Of a stretch of 64,000 nucleotides of DNA, positions 22,134 through 34,472 are shown piece after piece (within the stretch, counting starts at the first letter, position 1; every line of letters starts with the position of its first letter). The DNA comes from Macrostomum lignano (taxonomy: Eukaryota), in the NCBI GenBank assembly GCA_002269645.1, contig NIVC01001374.1:124001-188000 (forward strand). Reading direction: 5' to 3'. Made by a program: the position numbers and the translations under genes. Below the pieces are notes generated by a model. The model was not told the origin of the DNA. It ran no database searches and was given only the letters and a program-made list of their open reading frames with translations.

Positions 22134-22951
22134 ATGAACTCATTTTTGAGAAGCGGAGCGTCCGTGCGGTCTGCACTACTACTATTAGTAGTTGCACTGG
22201 CAGCTCCACTGGCCGCTTCTGCCTCTTCCTGCAGGGCCGCTGATGTCGAGTTCAAAGGCGAGGAGTTGCCTTTCGGAAGACTGATGGCTGGCAGTGCTGC
22301 GGAGTGCCAGCTCAAATGCCGGTCAATCAGCCGCTGCAAGTTCTACACTTTTACACCTGACAAAGAGCGGTCGAGTTGGAGTTTGTGCTCGATCAGGTCC
22401 GGCGACTACACGGCTACTTACAAGAAGAATTCGATCTCGGGACTACCGAATTGTCCTGGCACCTGCATTGAGGCTGGCGTGGACTACTACGGCTCTGACC
22501 TGCCGGACGGTCTCGTGAAGGACGTGCCCAGTTCTGACGTCTGCCAGAAGCTGTGCCAGCAGCGGATCGACTGCGAATTCTTTGCTTACGCCACACAAAG
22601 CGACTCGAACTGCCGGCGCTGCTACCGCAACTGCTGGCTGAAGTCTGGCGGCTACAGCCGCACTGAGAACAGAAACCGGATCTCTGGACCAGCCGCTGCA
22701 AGGACTGCGTTGAGACTGGCGTGGACTACTATGGCTCTGACTTGCCCGACGGTCTCGTGAAGGACATCGCCAGCGCCAAGGACTGCCAGTCGCTGTGCGC
22801 CAATCGCAAGGACTGCCAGTTCTTCGCCTGGGCTCCCGACAATGACAAGGGGTGCCAAACCTGCAGGGGCAACTGCTGGCTGAAGTCTGGCAACTACCGA
22901 CGGGTCGTCAATTCCAACAGAGTCTCCGGTCCTGCCGTTTGCAACTTTTGA
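22134..22951 (+). CDS. Secreted triple PAN/apple-domain protein, copy 2; 1-nt frameshift near 22694 (pseudogene or sequencing error)
   Basis: A different signal peptide (MNSFLRSGASVRSALLLLVVALAAPLAASA) precedes a mature region almost identical to copy 1. GCCCGCT in copy 1 reads GCCGCT here. Confidence 0.82.
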
Positions 22952-23267
22952 CCTTTTGACCTTTTGATCTTTTGACCTGAGACGCGGACATTGTCTGCGA
23001 GTTTTACCAAGCCGCTCAATAGGCCTTTACCTGTTATAACCAAGTCAAATATTTAGTCAGCCTTTAAATACAACCGCTGTTTTAAAAAAATACTTTGATT
23101 TATCAAATATACACTCGACTTGGCTGTGTCGAAATTTGCTACAATTTAACCGCCAAATGTCCTCGGTGTTTGTTTTCTTCTAGGCAAAATCCAGTTGTCT
23201 TGACTTCCTAGCCCTGTGTGATTGTCAACTCTTAATGAACACAAAATTGCGCAGCAATCTGTAATCT

Positions 23268-23420
23268 GCTTGCTATCTGGGGGATGCTTGCTATCTGGGG
23301 GATGCTTGCTATCTGGGGGATGCTTGCTATTTGGGGGAATGCTTGCTATCTGGGGGATGCTTGTTATCTGGGGGATGCTTGCTATCTGGGGGATGCTTGC
23401 TATCTGGGGATGCAGCTTGC
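23268..23420. repeat. 18-bp minisatellite (ATCTGGGGGATGCTTGCT)
   Basis: About 8 tandem units. Confidence 0.9.
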
Positions 23421-23759
23421 TAACCCCTAGGCCTTAGGCTTTAAACCTTAAACCTCTCTGCAGCCCCTGATATTTATCTCTAAGCAACGGTTTTAAATTT
23501 TAGTTGACGCTAGCAACTCTCAGTGTGCGTTTCTATTTGTGCGATTCCTATTGGCTGGCTCTCACTACTCAGCTTCCACCTCTATAGGGCAAAGTGCGAC
23601 TGCATTAGAAAGGGAAACCTCTAGGGGATAGAGATCAGCTCGCTGAGACTTTATAAATCCCAATACTTTTTGTCAAGTCAGCTTCTAGCTTAAACACTTA
23701 GCTTAAACTTCTTGATAAATAAATACTTACTTCCATTGAGTAGCTTATTAAAACAACTG

Positions 23760-26700
23760 ATGCCGATAAAGTTTGGCTCGGAGAGGTCAGGTTTGGACGG
23801 CCGGTCAAAGTCTGAGCTGTCCATGGTACAGCAGCAGCAGCAGCAGCAAAGAGCGACTCGGACAGCTGTTGGCAGCCGGGATTCTCTGCAGTTTCTTCGC
23901 CATGCTGATGAAGAATCTACGGATTCTGGATGGAGCTTGCAGATGTGGCGCAGACGGTATTTGGTAAGACTGAAAGGTCGGGGGTTCGATTCTCGACTCC
24001 ACTCGGACATTATTTGTGTCCTTGAGCAACAGACTTAACCCTGCATTGCTTCAGTTCACCCAGCTGTAAAATGGGTGCCAGCATTAGCTGGGTTATTGAG
24101 GGTATGTGTGGGGACCCCCAGCCGTACGCAGCCTTCAGATGCGCCGTGCAACAGCCCGGAGTCCATACATCAACACGAGTGGACGGCTGCACCAGAATCC
24201 TATATTTATCTTGCAACCGTAGCTTCTTCAGTGTTTATTGAGTATATCAACTCAGATTTGGAATGGAAGTGATAAAAATCGGTTCCAAGGATAGAATATT
24301 CACACCGGATTCTGGTCTGAGGTCTCCATGGCTCTATTGACACCTAGTCTCTCTGGAAAGATTAAAACTAAACAATGGAATTCCGCTGGAAGAACGGATG
24401 GAGCCGGTATTTAATCAGCGATGAGAACAATAGATTGAGACTGCTTTTCATTTTTTTCACGGTAGTCATAGCAAAACCAGACTGTGCTTTTGTAGTCAGC
24501 ACACTGCAGCTAGCTGGATTTGCTATGAATTTCATTTTAAAGCCTTTTAAAGCTCGCTTTATTGTTCGCGTTTTTGTGCTCAACAATACTGGATTTTTTC
24601 TAGTTGGCAGCTAGAGAATACATGCAGGTTAGATGCAGATTCATTCTCTCTGCTCAGGATTCATGGCGTTCTTAGGATCATTTCAATAAAAGTACATTTC
24701 GTGCTGCAACGAATGCCGCTCCGATTGGATGTGGCTTGTCTGTTTGTGTCTGACGCATTTGTCTGTTTGTGTCTGAGGCATTTGTCTGTTTGTGTCTGAG
24801 GCATTCGTGTGTTTGTGTCTGACGCATTTGTCTGTTTGTGTCTGAGGCATTCGTGTGTTTGTGTCTGACGCATTTGTCTGTTTGTGTCTGAGGCATTTGT
24901 CTGTTTGTGTCTGAGGCATTTGTCTGTTTGTGTCTGACGCATTTGTCTGTTTGTGTCTGACGCATTTGTCTGTTTGTGTCTGACGCATTTGTCTGTTTGT
25001 GTCTGACGCATTTGTCTGTTTCTGTCTGAGGCATTTGTCTGTTTGTGTCTGACGCATTTGTCTGTTTGTGTCTGAGGCATTTGTCTGTTTGTGTCTGAGG
25101 CATTCGTGTGTTTGTGTCTGACGCATTTGTCTGTTTGTGTCTGAGGCATTTGTCTGTTTGTGTCTGACGCATTTGTCTGTTTGTGTCTGACGCATTTGTC
25201 TGTTTGTGTCTGAGGCATTCGTGTGTTTGTGTCTGACGCATTTGTCTGTTTGTGTCTGAGGCATTTGTCTGTTTGTGTCTGACGCATTTGTCTGTTTGTG
25301 TCTGACGCATTTGTCTGTTTGTGTCTGACGCATTTGTCTGTTTGTGTCTGAGGCATTCGTGTGTTTGTGTCTGACGCATTTGTCTGTTTGTGTCTGAGGC
25401 ATTCGTGTGTTTGTGTCTGACGCATTTGTCTGTTTGTGTCTGAGGCATTTGTCTGTTTGTGTCTGAGGCATTTGTCTGTTTGTGTCTGACGCATTTGTCT
25501 GTTTGTGTCTGACGCATTTGTCTGTTTGTGTCTGAGGCATTTGTCTGTTTGTGTCTGACGCATTTGTCTGTTTGTGTCTGGGGTATTTGTCTGTGTGTCT
25601 GAGGCGTTTGTCTGTTTGTATCTGAAGGATTCGTCTGGGTGTCTGTACATATTTGCATACCCCATCCAGAGCAATCAATTATTTTCAAGCCATAGGCCTC
25701 ACTATACTGTATGAATGACTGTCAAAGCTAACTGCGTATAATAGTGATGGCCGTAGTATATACCGCCGTATGTTTGCAAAATAATAAGGAAGTAGAGGAA
25801 ATCAGCTTCCTCTTTTGTTGCTTCAGCAATTGTGCGGTCTGCTTAGTTGGTGCCTCAATTTTCCCTATACAATCAGCGATTCACAGGAGGCAGAGCGAGT
25901 CAGAATAGCCGCGAGTCCCAGTGATCAGCCCATGAGCACTTTCTCATTGCGACAGGCTGCTTGAGAACCGGGGGCATGCAGTGCAGCTGGTGGCAATCTG
26001 CAGCTCTCTCGCCTTGTTTCTTGTTTTGGGGAAGCTAAAGGCACAGCGAACTGCTTTAATTTTCTGTCACTAAAGTGCATGTATAGTGCGAGACTTACAA
26101 AACCAGTATGGCGTTACATTTCGCTTTGTATACTACTGGATCGTTTGTACAATTGCTCAAGGGTTTCATGGCTATGACTATAGTTATCTTTTTTTCCTTC
26201 CAACCGTTTCCATCGAATTGCAGGCGCTGAAACGGTTTCAGGGCATTGTCAGGTCTGTTGTGATAGCCATTCGGTGGATGAAGTCGGTGATCAATCAGTG
26301 AGTTGCTGGGATGGAAGAAATTTCAAGTTCCAGACTCCTCATCCCTCCCAGATCCTCATTTGGTGAACCAGCCTCTCAGATCCTCAGTTGCTGGGACAGC
26401 CTCCCAGATCCTCAAGTTGCTGGGTCAGTCTCCGAGATCCTCAGTTGCTGGGCCAGCCTCCCAGAGCATCAGTTGCTGGGCCAGCCTCCCAGATCATCAG
26501 TTGCTGGGCCAGCCTCCCAGGTCCTCAGTTGCTGGGACAGCCTCCCAGATCCCCAGTTCATGGGCCAGCCTCCAAGATCCTCAAGTTGCTGGGTCAGCCT
26601 CCCAGATCCTCAGTTGCTGGGCCAGCCTCCCAGAGTGTCAGTTGCTGGGCCAGCCTCCCAGAGTGTCAGTTGCTGGGCCAGCCTCCCAGATCCTCAATTC

Positions 26701-29700
26701 ATGGGCCAGCCTCCCAGATCCTCAATTCATGGGCCAGCCTCCCAGATCCTCAAGTTGCTGGGTCAGTCTCCCATATCCTCAGTTGCTGGGCCAGCCTCCC
26801 AGCTCATTAGTTGCTGGGCCAGCCTCCCAGAGTGTCAGTTGCTGGGCCAGCCTCCCAGATCCTCAGTTCATGGGCCAGCCTCCCAGATCCTCAGATGAGG
26901 CTAGGCCACTGCCCCTCTCCCAGCTGTTCAGGCAAGATTAGACCCAAAGAACCTATTTAACTCGCGTAGCTATGGCTTGCAGTCCTTGCATTTCACTGCG
27001 CCGCAGATACGACCAATCGAACAACCGGGTAGCTCGAGCTCTGATGCCAATCGAAGTGGACGCCTCGAATGCCGCCAATTTGGTCTTCAATATGTCTCAC
27101 TTTCGGGCTAGCAAAGAGGTATAATTCTTTTAGATTCTCTTTTTACTACTGAGAGTAGTGCAGTTAAAGTGTTGAATTCCAATTTTGTTACAATTTCTAT
27201 AGGCCCTAGTGTTGTGGCTTTTCAAAGATTAGTAACGAATCGATTTAAATACATGTTCGTTGGAGCCATAATTTCGGAAAATATGGAAAATGTACTTTTT
27301 TAGTCTGAAAATGACTTGACTTGGAGATGTCAGAAGCAAGTTTAAGCAGCAGTTCAATGAGTCAGTAAAGCTTGCTATTCATATAGAGACCTCTCTCCTA
27401 GATAGAAGCAAGATGCGCAGCAGAAATTTTAGCATGGCTGCAATTTGCAACTCGCAAAACGGAAGTTCACCGCACAGCGCAGCACACACAACAGCAAGGG
27501 AAGATGAGCGCTATTGTAAAAGCAACTTGAAGCAGGGGCAGCACAGAGGATGCGGTCCCATAGAGACGAGCGCGCGGCTGCCAACTTAAAAATCAGAATT
27601 TCTGTCTGCCACTCCGCAGACAGAGCTCAACGCTGAGTTGAAGCAGATTCTGCAGCTACAGCCACAGCAGCGCAGCACTGAGCAGGTTCGCATCCTCACC
27701 AGGGGTCTGCAACGGCTGCCGACATTCAACGAGTATCCAGTTCGAGTGCAGGAGAAACTGGCCAAAGTGGCCAGATACCACACTGTGCCAGCTGGGCGAG
27801 TCATCATCCGACAGGGCCACGCCGGCGTCAACTTCTACGTGATCATCAGCGGTCGTGCCCTGGTGCACGTGATGCAACAGCAGAGGGATACCATTGTGGC
27901 CAGGCTGGGCCAGGGCCAAGCCTTCGGAGAGGTGGCCCTGATGCAGGAGGTGACGAGAAACGCTAGCATAGTCAGCCAGGAGCCGATGCAACTGTTAGCT
28001 ATCGGTCGAGACGAGTTTCAGGTAATTCCTTTGTTTAGCTGTCTTCCTTTGAATTTTTCGTCAGCTGAACCGTCTTTACACTTCAAGCCAATCGAAAACT
28101 TGACATGCAGGGAGCAAAAACGACTAGAAGTAGTGCACCAAAAATAGCACACCAAAATATGCCTGCCATACTACTATATGTCAAGATCGCAAGGCTGAAA
28201 TACTCGATCTTTTACTTATTAGCAATCCTTGCCGCTGAAGACGGAAGGTCAAATAAAACAAATCCGACATATTTTTGTGTGGCAGGAAATTTTCACCAAT
28301 CCCGAACCGGAGAAGAAAAACCAGAGCGCTGACGCAGGCATTCCGGACCACCTGCGCTATTTGCTTAGCTGCTCATTTATGCGCCACTTTCCGGTTGAGC
28401 CGCTGCTGTCGAGTCCAACCGCCTGCAGAGCCGGCTGCTACCGGCGCAATGCGGTTGTGGTTGCTGACAGCAAAGCTTGCCCTGACCTGGTGGTGATTCG
28501 CTCCGGATTTTGCAGGGTGATGAAGCGGCTGATGGTCAACCGGAACGACAGTCCGAGGCAGCCAGACGACGCGATTTCGATGTCGAGCAATGCTAGTGGC
28601 AGAAGCGGCGGCAGCAGCAGTTCGAGAGCATCGAAGGCGAAGGTGCTAGCGGAGACTAGACTGCCAGTGCTGCAGCCTAGTAGTGGGCCAAGCTGTAAGC
28701 AGCGGGCTGCAGACAGTCTTTAAATACAGCTATTGCGGCCATAGACTATATTAGTTTGAAAATGCAGATGCAGACCATAGACTGTATTAGTTAGTAGATG
28801 CAGTGCGGCCATAGACTATATTAGTTTGAAGAAGCAGATCGACCATAGACTATTAGCATGCGAATAAACAACTAATATTCCTCTCCAGATGCCAAAATCG
28901 ACACTGGCCGAGCCAAGCCGAAGAGTCACCAGTTTAACGTTGAGAGCACCAAGAAAGGCTTCGGTTTTGAAAATATCTCCGGAGAAGGAAGCTTGGAATT
29001 CTCGTCGCTGCGGCTGTCACTTCCGCAATTGAAGCCTCAACAGCAGCAGCGGCCGCCGCCGCCGCTACCCCCGTGGCTGCAAAAACAGCGCCCCCCAGTG
29101 CCAAGACTTATCGTCACCACCGACGACGGTCGAATGGATTTCAGCGTCGACGCCAGCAATGTTGAAGAGGTGTCCGCCGCGGTGGCCGCCTCCGCGCCCG
29201 ATGCTGCGCTCACCGATCAAGACGAAGATAAGAAATGCGTTGCCGTGGAGATTTGCATCTTGAAACCCGGAGACGTGTTTGTGAGTAACCATAGTAACAA
29301 CTGTCATTTTATTGATGCAAGAGCCTATACAGACAAGTCCAACTTCAATTTCAGGGCCTTTCGGACATCATGTTCAAGGATGAGAAAATTCACGAGGTTG
29401 AGGACAGCGCAAGTGTGTCATTGGTAAGGCGGAGTAGTCAGAATGGCGAGTTCAGACTATAAGATTTACTTCTCAATACTCAAGGCACCGCAATCAAACC
29501 ACAATCCGCAGGTAAGCAACGGAGCAGAGTGCGTGCTGCTCTCCAAAGCATTCTTTATCCAGCACGCCCCAGAAAGAGTCCAACGTCGAGTTCGGGCCGC
29601 TGTGCAGCCGTACCCAAACGAACAGGTGTTCGAGCAGAACTACTACACCCAGGTGGCTTGGAATCGCTACAGACGGACCGTGTTCAAACTGGCGCTAAAC

Positions 29701-29757
29701 CGGGCGCTTGCGGCTGGCGCCAATAGAAAAGCGGCGGCGCGAAGTAGCGTGAAGTGA
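23760..29757 (+). CDS. Cyclic-nucleotide-binding-domain protein (CNBD2-like), about 635 aa; exons 23760-23963, 26224-26297, 27007-27118, 27620-28021, 28286-28694, 28889-29280, 29355-29423, 29512-29757
   Basis: cNMP domain (GRVIIRQGHAGVNFYVIISG...LGQGQAFGEVALMQEVTRNASIVS) and a second degenerate domain (LKPGDVF|GLSDI...SL|VSNGAECVLLSK). All introns are GT-AG and phase-consistent. Exons 1-2 are less certain. Confidence 0.82.
23968..24160 (+). mobile_element. tRNA-derived SINE (5'-truncated) with central conserved domain
   Basis: B box GGGTTCGATTC, then GTGTCCTTGAGCAA..ACTTAAC...CCCAGCTGTAAAATGGGT. Head and tail are shared with the copy at 30663. Confidence 0.7.
24735..25625. repeat. 23-bp minisatellite (GCATTTGTCTGTTTGTGTCTGAC/G) in CNBD intron 1
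   Basis: About 38 units; source of three spurious 330-aa ORFs. Confidence 0.95.
26372..26895. repeat. 28-29 bp minisatellite (CCTCAGTTGCTGGGCCAGCCTCCCAGAT) in CNBD intron 2
   Basis: Tandem array. Confidence 0.92.
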
Positions 29758-30662
29758 CGTCATCGATGACGTCATTGATTAATGGGTCGATATTGTACGG
29801 CCAGTTCTATGCTAACAAATCATATGGATCAATGATTCCTTTTTTTAAACGGATTTTTGGCTTATCGTCAAATAAACCATAGGAGCATGTTCTGCTACAT
29901 AGACCTGCAAAATTGTGCTTAAAAATCAATTATTCAAAATTTAATAAATTAATACATTTCTTGTGTATGAGAAGACTGTATGTCGTATATACACTCAGCA
30001 ACATGTTAAAGTTTTCACCCGAAACTAACATTTCTCCGATTTCAGGTCCAAGTGACGAAATTCGTGACGGGCGATCAGCTTTAATATGTTGCTGAGTGTA
30101 TATAGATGCAAGTATTAATTCAATGTGTTTTTTATTTAGACATATCAGCGCATATATAGACACATCCAATACCAGAAAAAGCAGAATTTAATAATAGACA
30201 AAATACAAACCAAGATGTCTACAGAGCAAACTTTGATCTACTAATATCAACAAGTTCAACTGCTCCCTAAACAGTGTAATAAATTAGTTGTTTTACTGTA
30301 GATGTTTTACATGTAGAACGAGAGGCTGAAAGAGAGCCATTAAGACAGACAAGCAATCAAGCAACGATAGCATAATAATATTGTCGAACCGAAAAGGAAA
30401 GCCGAAAACCATTAAACAGGCCAAACACCATCCGCTTATTCACAAAGTGCCGCGAAATTAAAACTCGAAAGGAACAGCAATCACCGCAATAAAGGTTCAA
30501 TAGCTGACTGATGACCTTTATTATATTAACTTATCACAAATTAAAAAGTTTGATTATTGATTTTTTATAACGCATGGCTATATTTTAGCTACTTATATTC
30601 AGTAGTATATAGGGCTTACTTTTTCAAACAGAGGCTACTGATTCTACTCCCTATGTTTCATA

Positions 30663-30860
30663 GGGGGTTGTAGCTTAGTGTGGTTAGAGTATCGGGCTCA
30701 TGACTGAAAGGTCGGGGGTTCGATTCTCGACCTGACTCGGAAACAATTTTAACCAGCTTTAGCTGGGGTAATTGAGGGTCCTTAGACAGAACAGCCGTAA
30801 CGCAGCCTTCAAACGCAATAGCTGCGGCTGAGCTGTCGGTTGCACATCTGGCCCAATTAG
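30663..30860 (+). mobile_element. tRNA(Met-like)-derived SINE
   Basis: GGGGTTGTAGCTTAGTGTGGTTAGAG (A box), CTCATGA loop (CAT) and GGTTCGATTC (B box). The stems are mismatched and the tail is shared with 23968. Confidence 0.7.
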
Positions 30861-31113
30861 GGCAGGTGCAATCAATCATTATTAGCTCATATTCATTATT
30901 TTTCAACAGTTTCGGTAGTTATAGTTAAAAGCATAATAATAACCATTTTTACCATTAGGTTACTTAGCATCAGCTACTAAGTCAGTAGTATAGTAAGTAT
31001 TGCAGTATAGAACGGATATTTCTGCCTCATTACAATCTAAATTAATTGGTGAGCGACTTAAAAAATTCCAACAGAAAGCAGATAAAAACAGATTTCAATC
31101 CAAGCCTCAGAAC

Positions 31114-31785
31114 TCAGGCCAACAGACGGAGGTGCAGCGACTGCAGCTTCTCCGGGGCCAGGGCGACTCGAACGACGCCTTCGCCGCTGTCGGCCTGGCC
31201 GCAGCGGAGCCGGCCAACTAGTCGGCACTGCTCAAACGCCGGCCCAGGCGTCGGCCGACGCTCGCCGGCCAGCCGCGGCCGGGCCGGCACCGACGAGGTC
31301 GACGCCACCTCGCCGGCCACCTGTCGGACGCGGGCGGCCAGAGCGGCCAGACGAATTCTTGACTCGGCCAGCTGGCGCTCCGGCGGCTCCTGGCGCGGAT
31401 GTGTCAGCTGGACAACGCCGACTCCGCCATCTTCCAGCAGCTGGCGCTTCAACTCGCCGGCCAGGTCGCAGGATCGGCGCCACAGTTCGGGCACGCCGGG
31501 AGCGGGTGACTCGGACGCCTGGCAGAGACCCGTGAGCGACTGGTCCAGGCCTGTCGGCTTTCTCGGCGGCGGCGCCAGCGGCTTCAGACGGGCCAGTTCG
31601 CGTCGGAGTCGCTCCGACCGGAGCCGGGCGTTCTCGCTGGTGGCGAACTGCAGAGCGGAGTTGGCCGCCTCCAGCTGGCGCTGCAGGTGCGACGAGTCGC
31701 CGCCGCCGCCACCGCTGGATGCGCCTGCGCCAGCTGCTGCTGATGGCGCGGTGATTAATAGGAAGGGATTCAGATGGGAATTGCC

Positions 31786-31816
<31 letters not shown>

Positions 31817-32373
31817 GCCTGTGTCTGTCTGTCTGTCTGTCTGCCTGTCTGTCTGTCTGTCTGCCTGTCTGTCTGTCTGTCTGCCTGTGTCTGTCTGTCT
31901 GTCTGCCTGTCTGTCTGCCTGTGTCTGTCTGTCTGTCTGTCTGTCTGTCTGCCTGTGTCTGTCTGTCTGTCTGTCTGCCTGTCTGTCTGTCTGTCTGCCT
32001 GTCTGTCTGTCTGTGCCTGTGTCTGTCTGTCTGTCTGCCTGTCTGTCTGCCGGTGTCTGTCTGTCTGTCTGTCTGCCTGTCTGTCTGTCTGTCTGCCTGT
32101 CTGTCTGTCTGTCTGTCTGCCTGTCTGTCTGTCTGTCTGTCTGCCTGTCTGTCTGTCTGTCTGCCTGTGTCTGTCTGTCTGTCTGCCTGTCTCTGCCTGT
32201 GTCTGTCTGTCTGTCTGTCTGTCTGCCTGTCTCTGTCTGTCTGTCTGCCTGTCTGTGTCTGTCTGTCTGTCTGTCTGTCTGCCTGTCTGTGTCTGTCTGT
32301 CTGTCTGTCTGTCTGCCTGTCTGTGTCTGTCTGCCTGTCTGTCTGTCTGTCTGCCTGTCTGTCTGCCTGCCTG

Positions 32374-32422
<49 letters not shown>

Positions 32423-32437
32423 TTCTGTCTGTCTGTG

Positions 32438-32482
<45 letters not shown>

Positions 32483-32529
32483 TTCTGTCTGTCTGTCTTT
32501 CTGTCTGTCTGTCTTTCTGTCTGTCTGTG

Positions 32530-32570
<41 letters not shown>

Positions 32571-34414
32571 GCCTGCCTGTCTGTCTTTCTGTCTGTCAGT
32601 CTGTGTCTAAGTCACAGCATGCCCAAGCGATCAGCTAATCGTTTCCTAGCAACAAGGTCTCAGGGCCCAACACGCCCTGGAAACTCACCAGCCCCGGGCT
32701 GCTGTCCCGCCGCAGCTGGCACCCTGCTAGTGAGGCCTTCCAGCAAGTTCTTCTTGCTCAGCGATTTCAGCTTGTCGCGCAGTTCGTGCCGCTCCGACTC
32801 AAGGGAGTCGATGTCGCTCTGCAACGCCTCCAGAGTCTGCTCAAACTCTGCTGTCTTCTTCTTCAACTGGGATTCGGTCTGTTCCAGAAGCACCTGCAGC
32901 CGGCCGCATCTGTCTTCGTACTCTTTCTTGGTTGTTTCAAGTCGCTTCTCCACCATCGCTAGCTTGGTTGTGGCCTGAGGGTTTTATAAATGGAGATTTT
33001 CTTCATATTGAGGCTGAGATGCATGCCAAAAATACAAAATTGACAAATATACGAGTGTACAGCTGTGTATTGCTAATATAACATGTAGAACAGAGTAAAG
33101 TACTTCTACAGTGACTATTATCCGCTATATATTTCCCTACTACATTACTACTGCTACTACTGCTACTACTATTGGTACTACTGATACTACTACTTGTACT
33201 GCTACTGCTACTATTACTACTACTACTGCTACTACTACTGGCACTACTACTACTAATGCCACTACTACTACCACTACTGCCACTACTACTACTACTACTA
33301 ATACTGCTACTACTACTACTATTAAAAATACTACTGCTGCTACTACTATTAATAACACTACTGCTTCTACTACTACTAATACTACTACACTACTACTACA
33401 CTACTACTACCACTACTAATACTACTACTAATACTACTACTACTAATACTAGTACTACTAATACTGCTACTACTACTACTACTACTACTATTACTACTAC
33501 TACTACTACTATTAATAATAGTACTGCTACTACTACTACTACTACTGCTACTACTGCTACTACTACTACTACTAATACTACTACTATTAATAATAATAAC
33601 ACTACTACTACTACTAATACTACTACTATTAATAATAAAAACACTACTACTACTACTGCTGCTACTAGGGAAAGCAGCACCAACCTCAGACAGATCCTGC
33701 TGACGCTGCTTGATCTGCACAACCAGCTCCTTGAGCTCGGTGTCCTTGGCCTCCAGCTTGCCGCGCAGGATGTCATTATCGGCCAGCTCCTTGCGGAATG
33801 CCTGAGCCCGCAGCAGCACCGGTTCGGTTGGCCGAACATCGGCCGAAGTTTTCGTGCCATCGAAGTCGAATTCGCCGTGTTCAACTGCGGCGCAGACGGA
33901 CTGCAGAGTGTCGAAGACGCCGTCGAGTTCTTTGTCAAGCCGGTCTAGCGAGGCGGCGCCCTTCAAATCGTACACAGTTTCCACTCCGGTCAGCAGGAAG
34001 CCGACAACGGCGGTGACCGAATCGGACTCGGGGGCCTGCAAAATTGCAATGTTTAACTCCCTACTGTTAGTAGGCGAAGCATGTGAGTAGTTTTTTGAAG
34101 GCTATAAGTTCGAAGTGCTTGATTAATCAATCAAGTATGCTAGCGCGAATTTCACCTGGTGCATCTCGCGACAGGCGTGCTGCAGAGCTCGCATAGCCGT
34201 GCTCAGCTGGCCGATGCTGGCGTCGAGGCGCTGACGAACTGGCTCGGGCAGGCGCAGCGGCTGTTGGCGACTGTCCGCTGGGAGCCGGCGTCTGATACTG
34301 CGGCCTGGATGCGGTTGAGGGTTGTGCGGATCGCTTGGACCATGGTAATGATTAGGGTACTACTTACTAATCTTAGGTTAGTTGCAGTGTTGGGCATAGT
34401 TAGTTCGCAAAATT

Positions 34415-34472
<58 letters not shown>

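Noticed and set aside
22685-22700. Programmed frameshift or true pseudogenisation of tri-PAN copy 2
   Set aside because: It is a single C lost from a CCC run in an otherwise near-identical copy, matching the homopolymer-loss pattern elsewhere in the window. It cannot be separated from sequencing error without reads.
23900-23940. Hammerhead-like CTGATGA followed by the hairpin AGAATC-TACG-GATTCT
   Set aside because: It is followed by GGAT rather than the required GAAA, stems I and III are not evident, and it lies within a coding exon. CTGACGA at about 44796 fails in the same way.
30663-30740. tRNA-Met gene
   Set aside because: The acceptor and T stems are mismatched and the sequence runs into a tail shared with the copy at 23968, so it is a SINE head. 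The same applies to 47600-47678 and 57210-57288.
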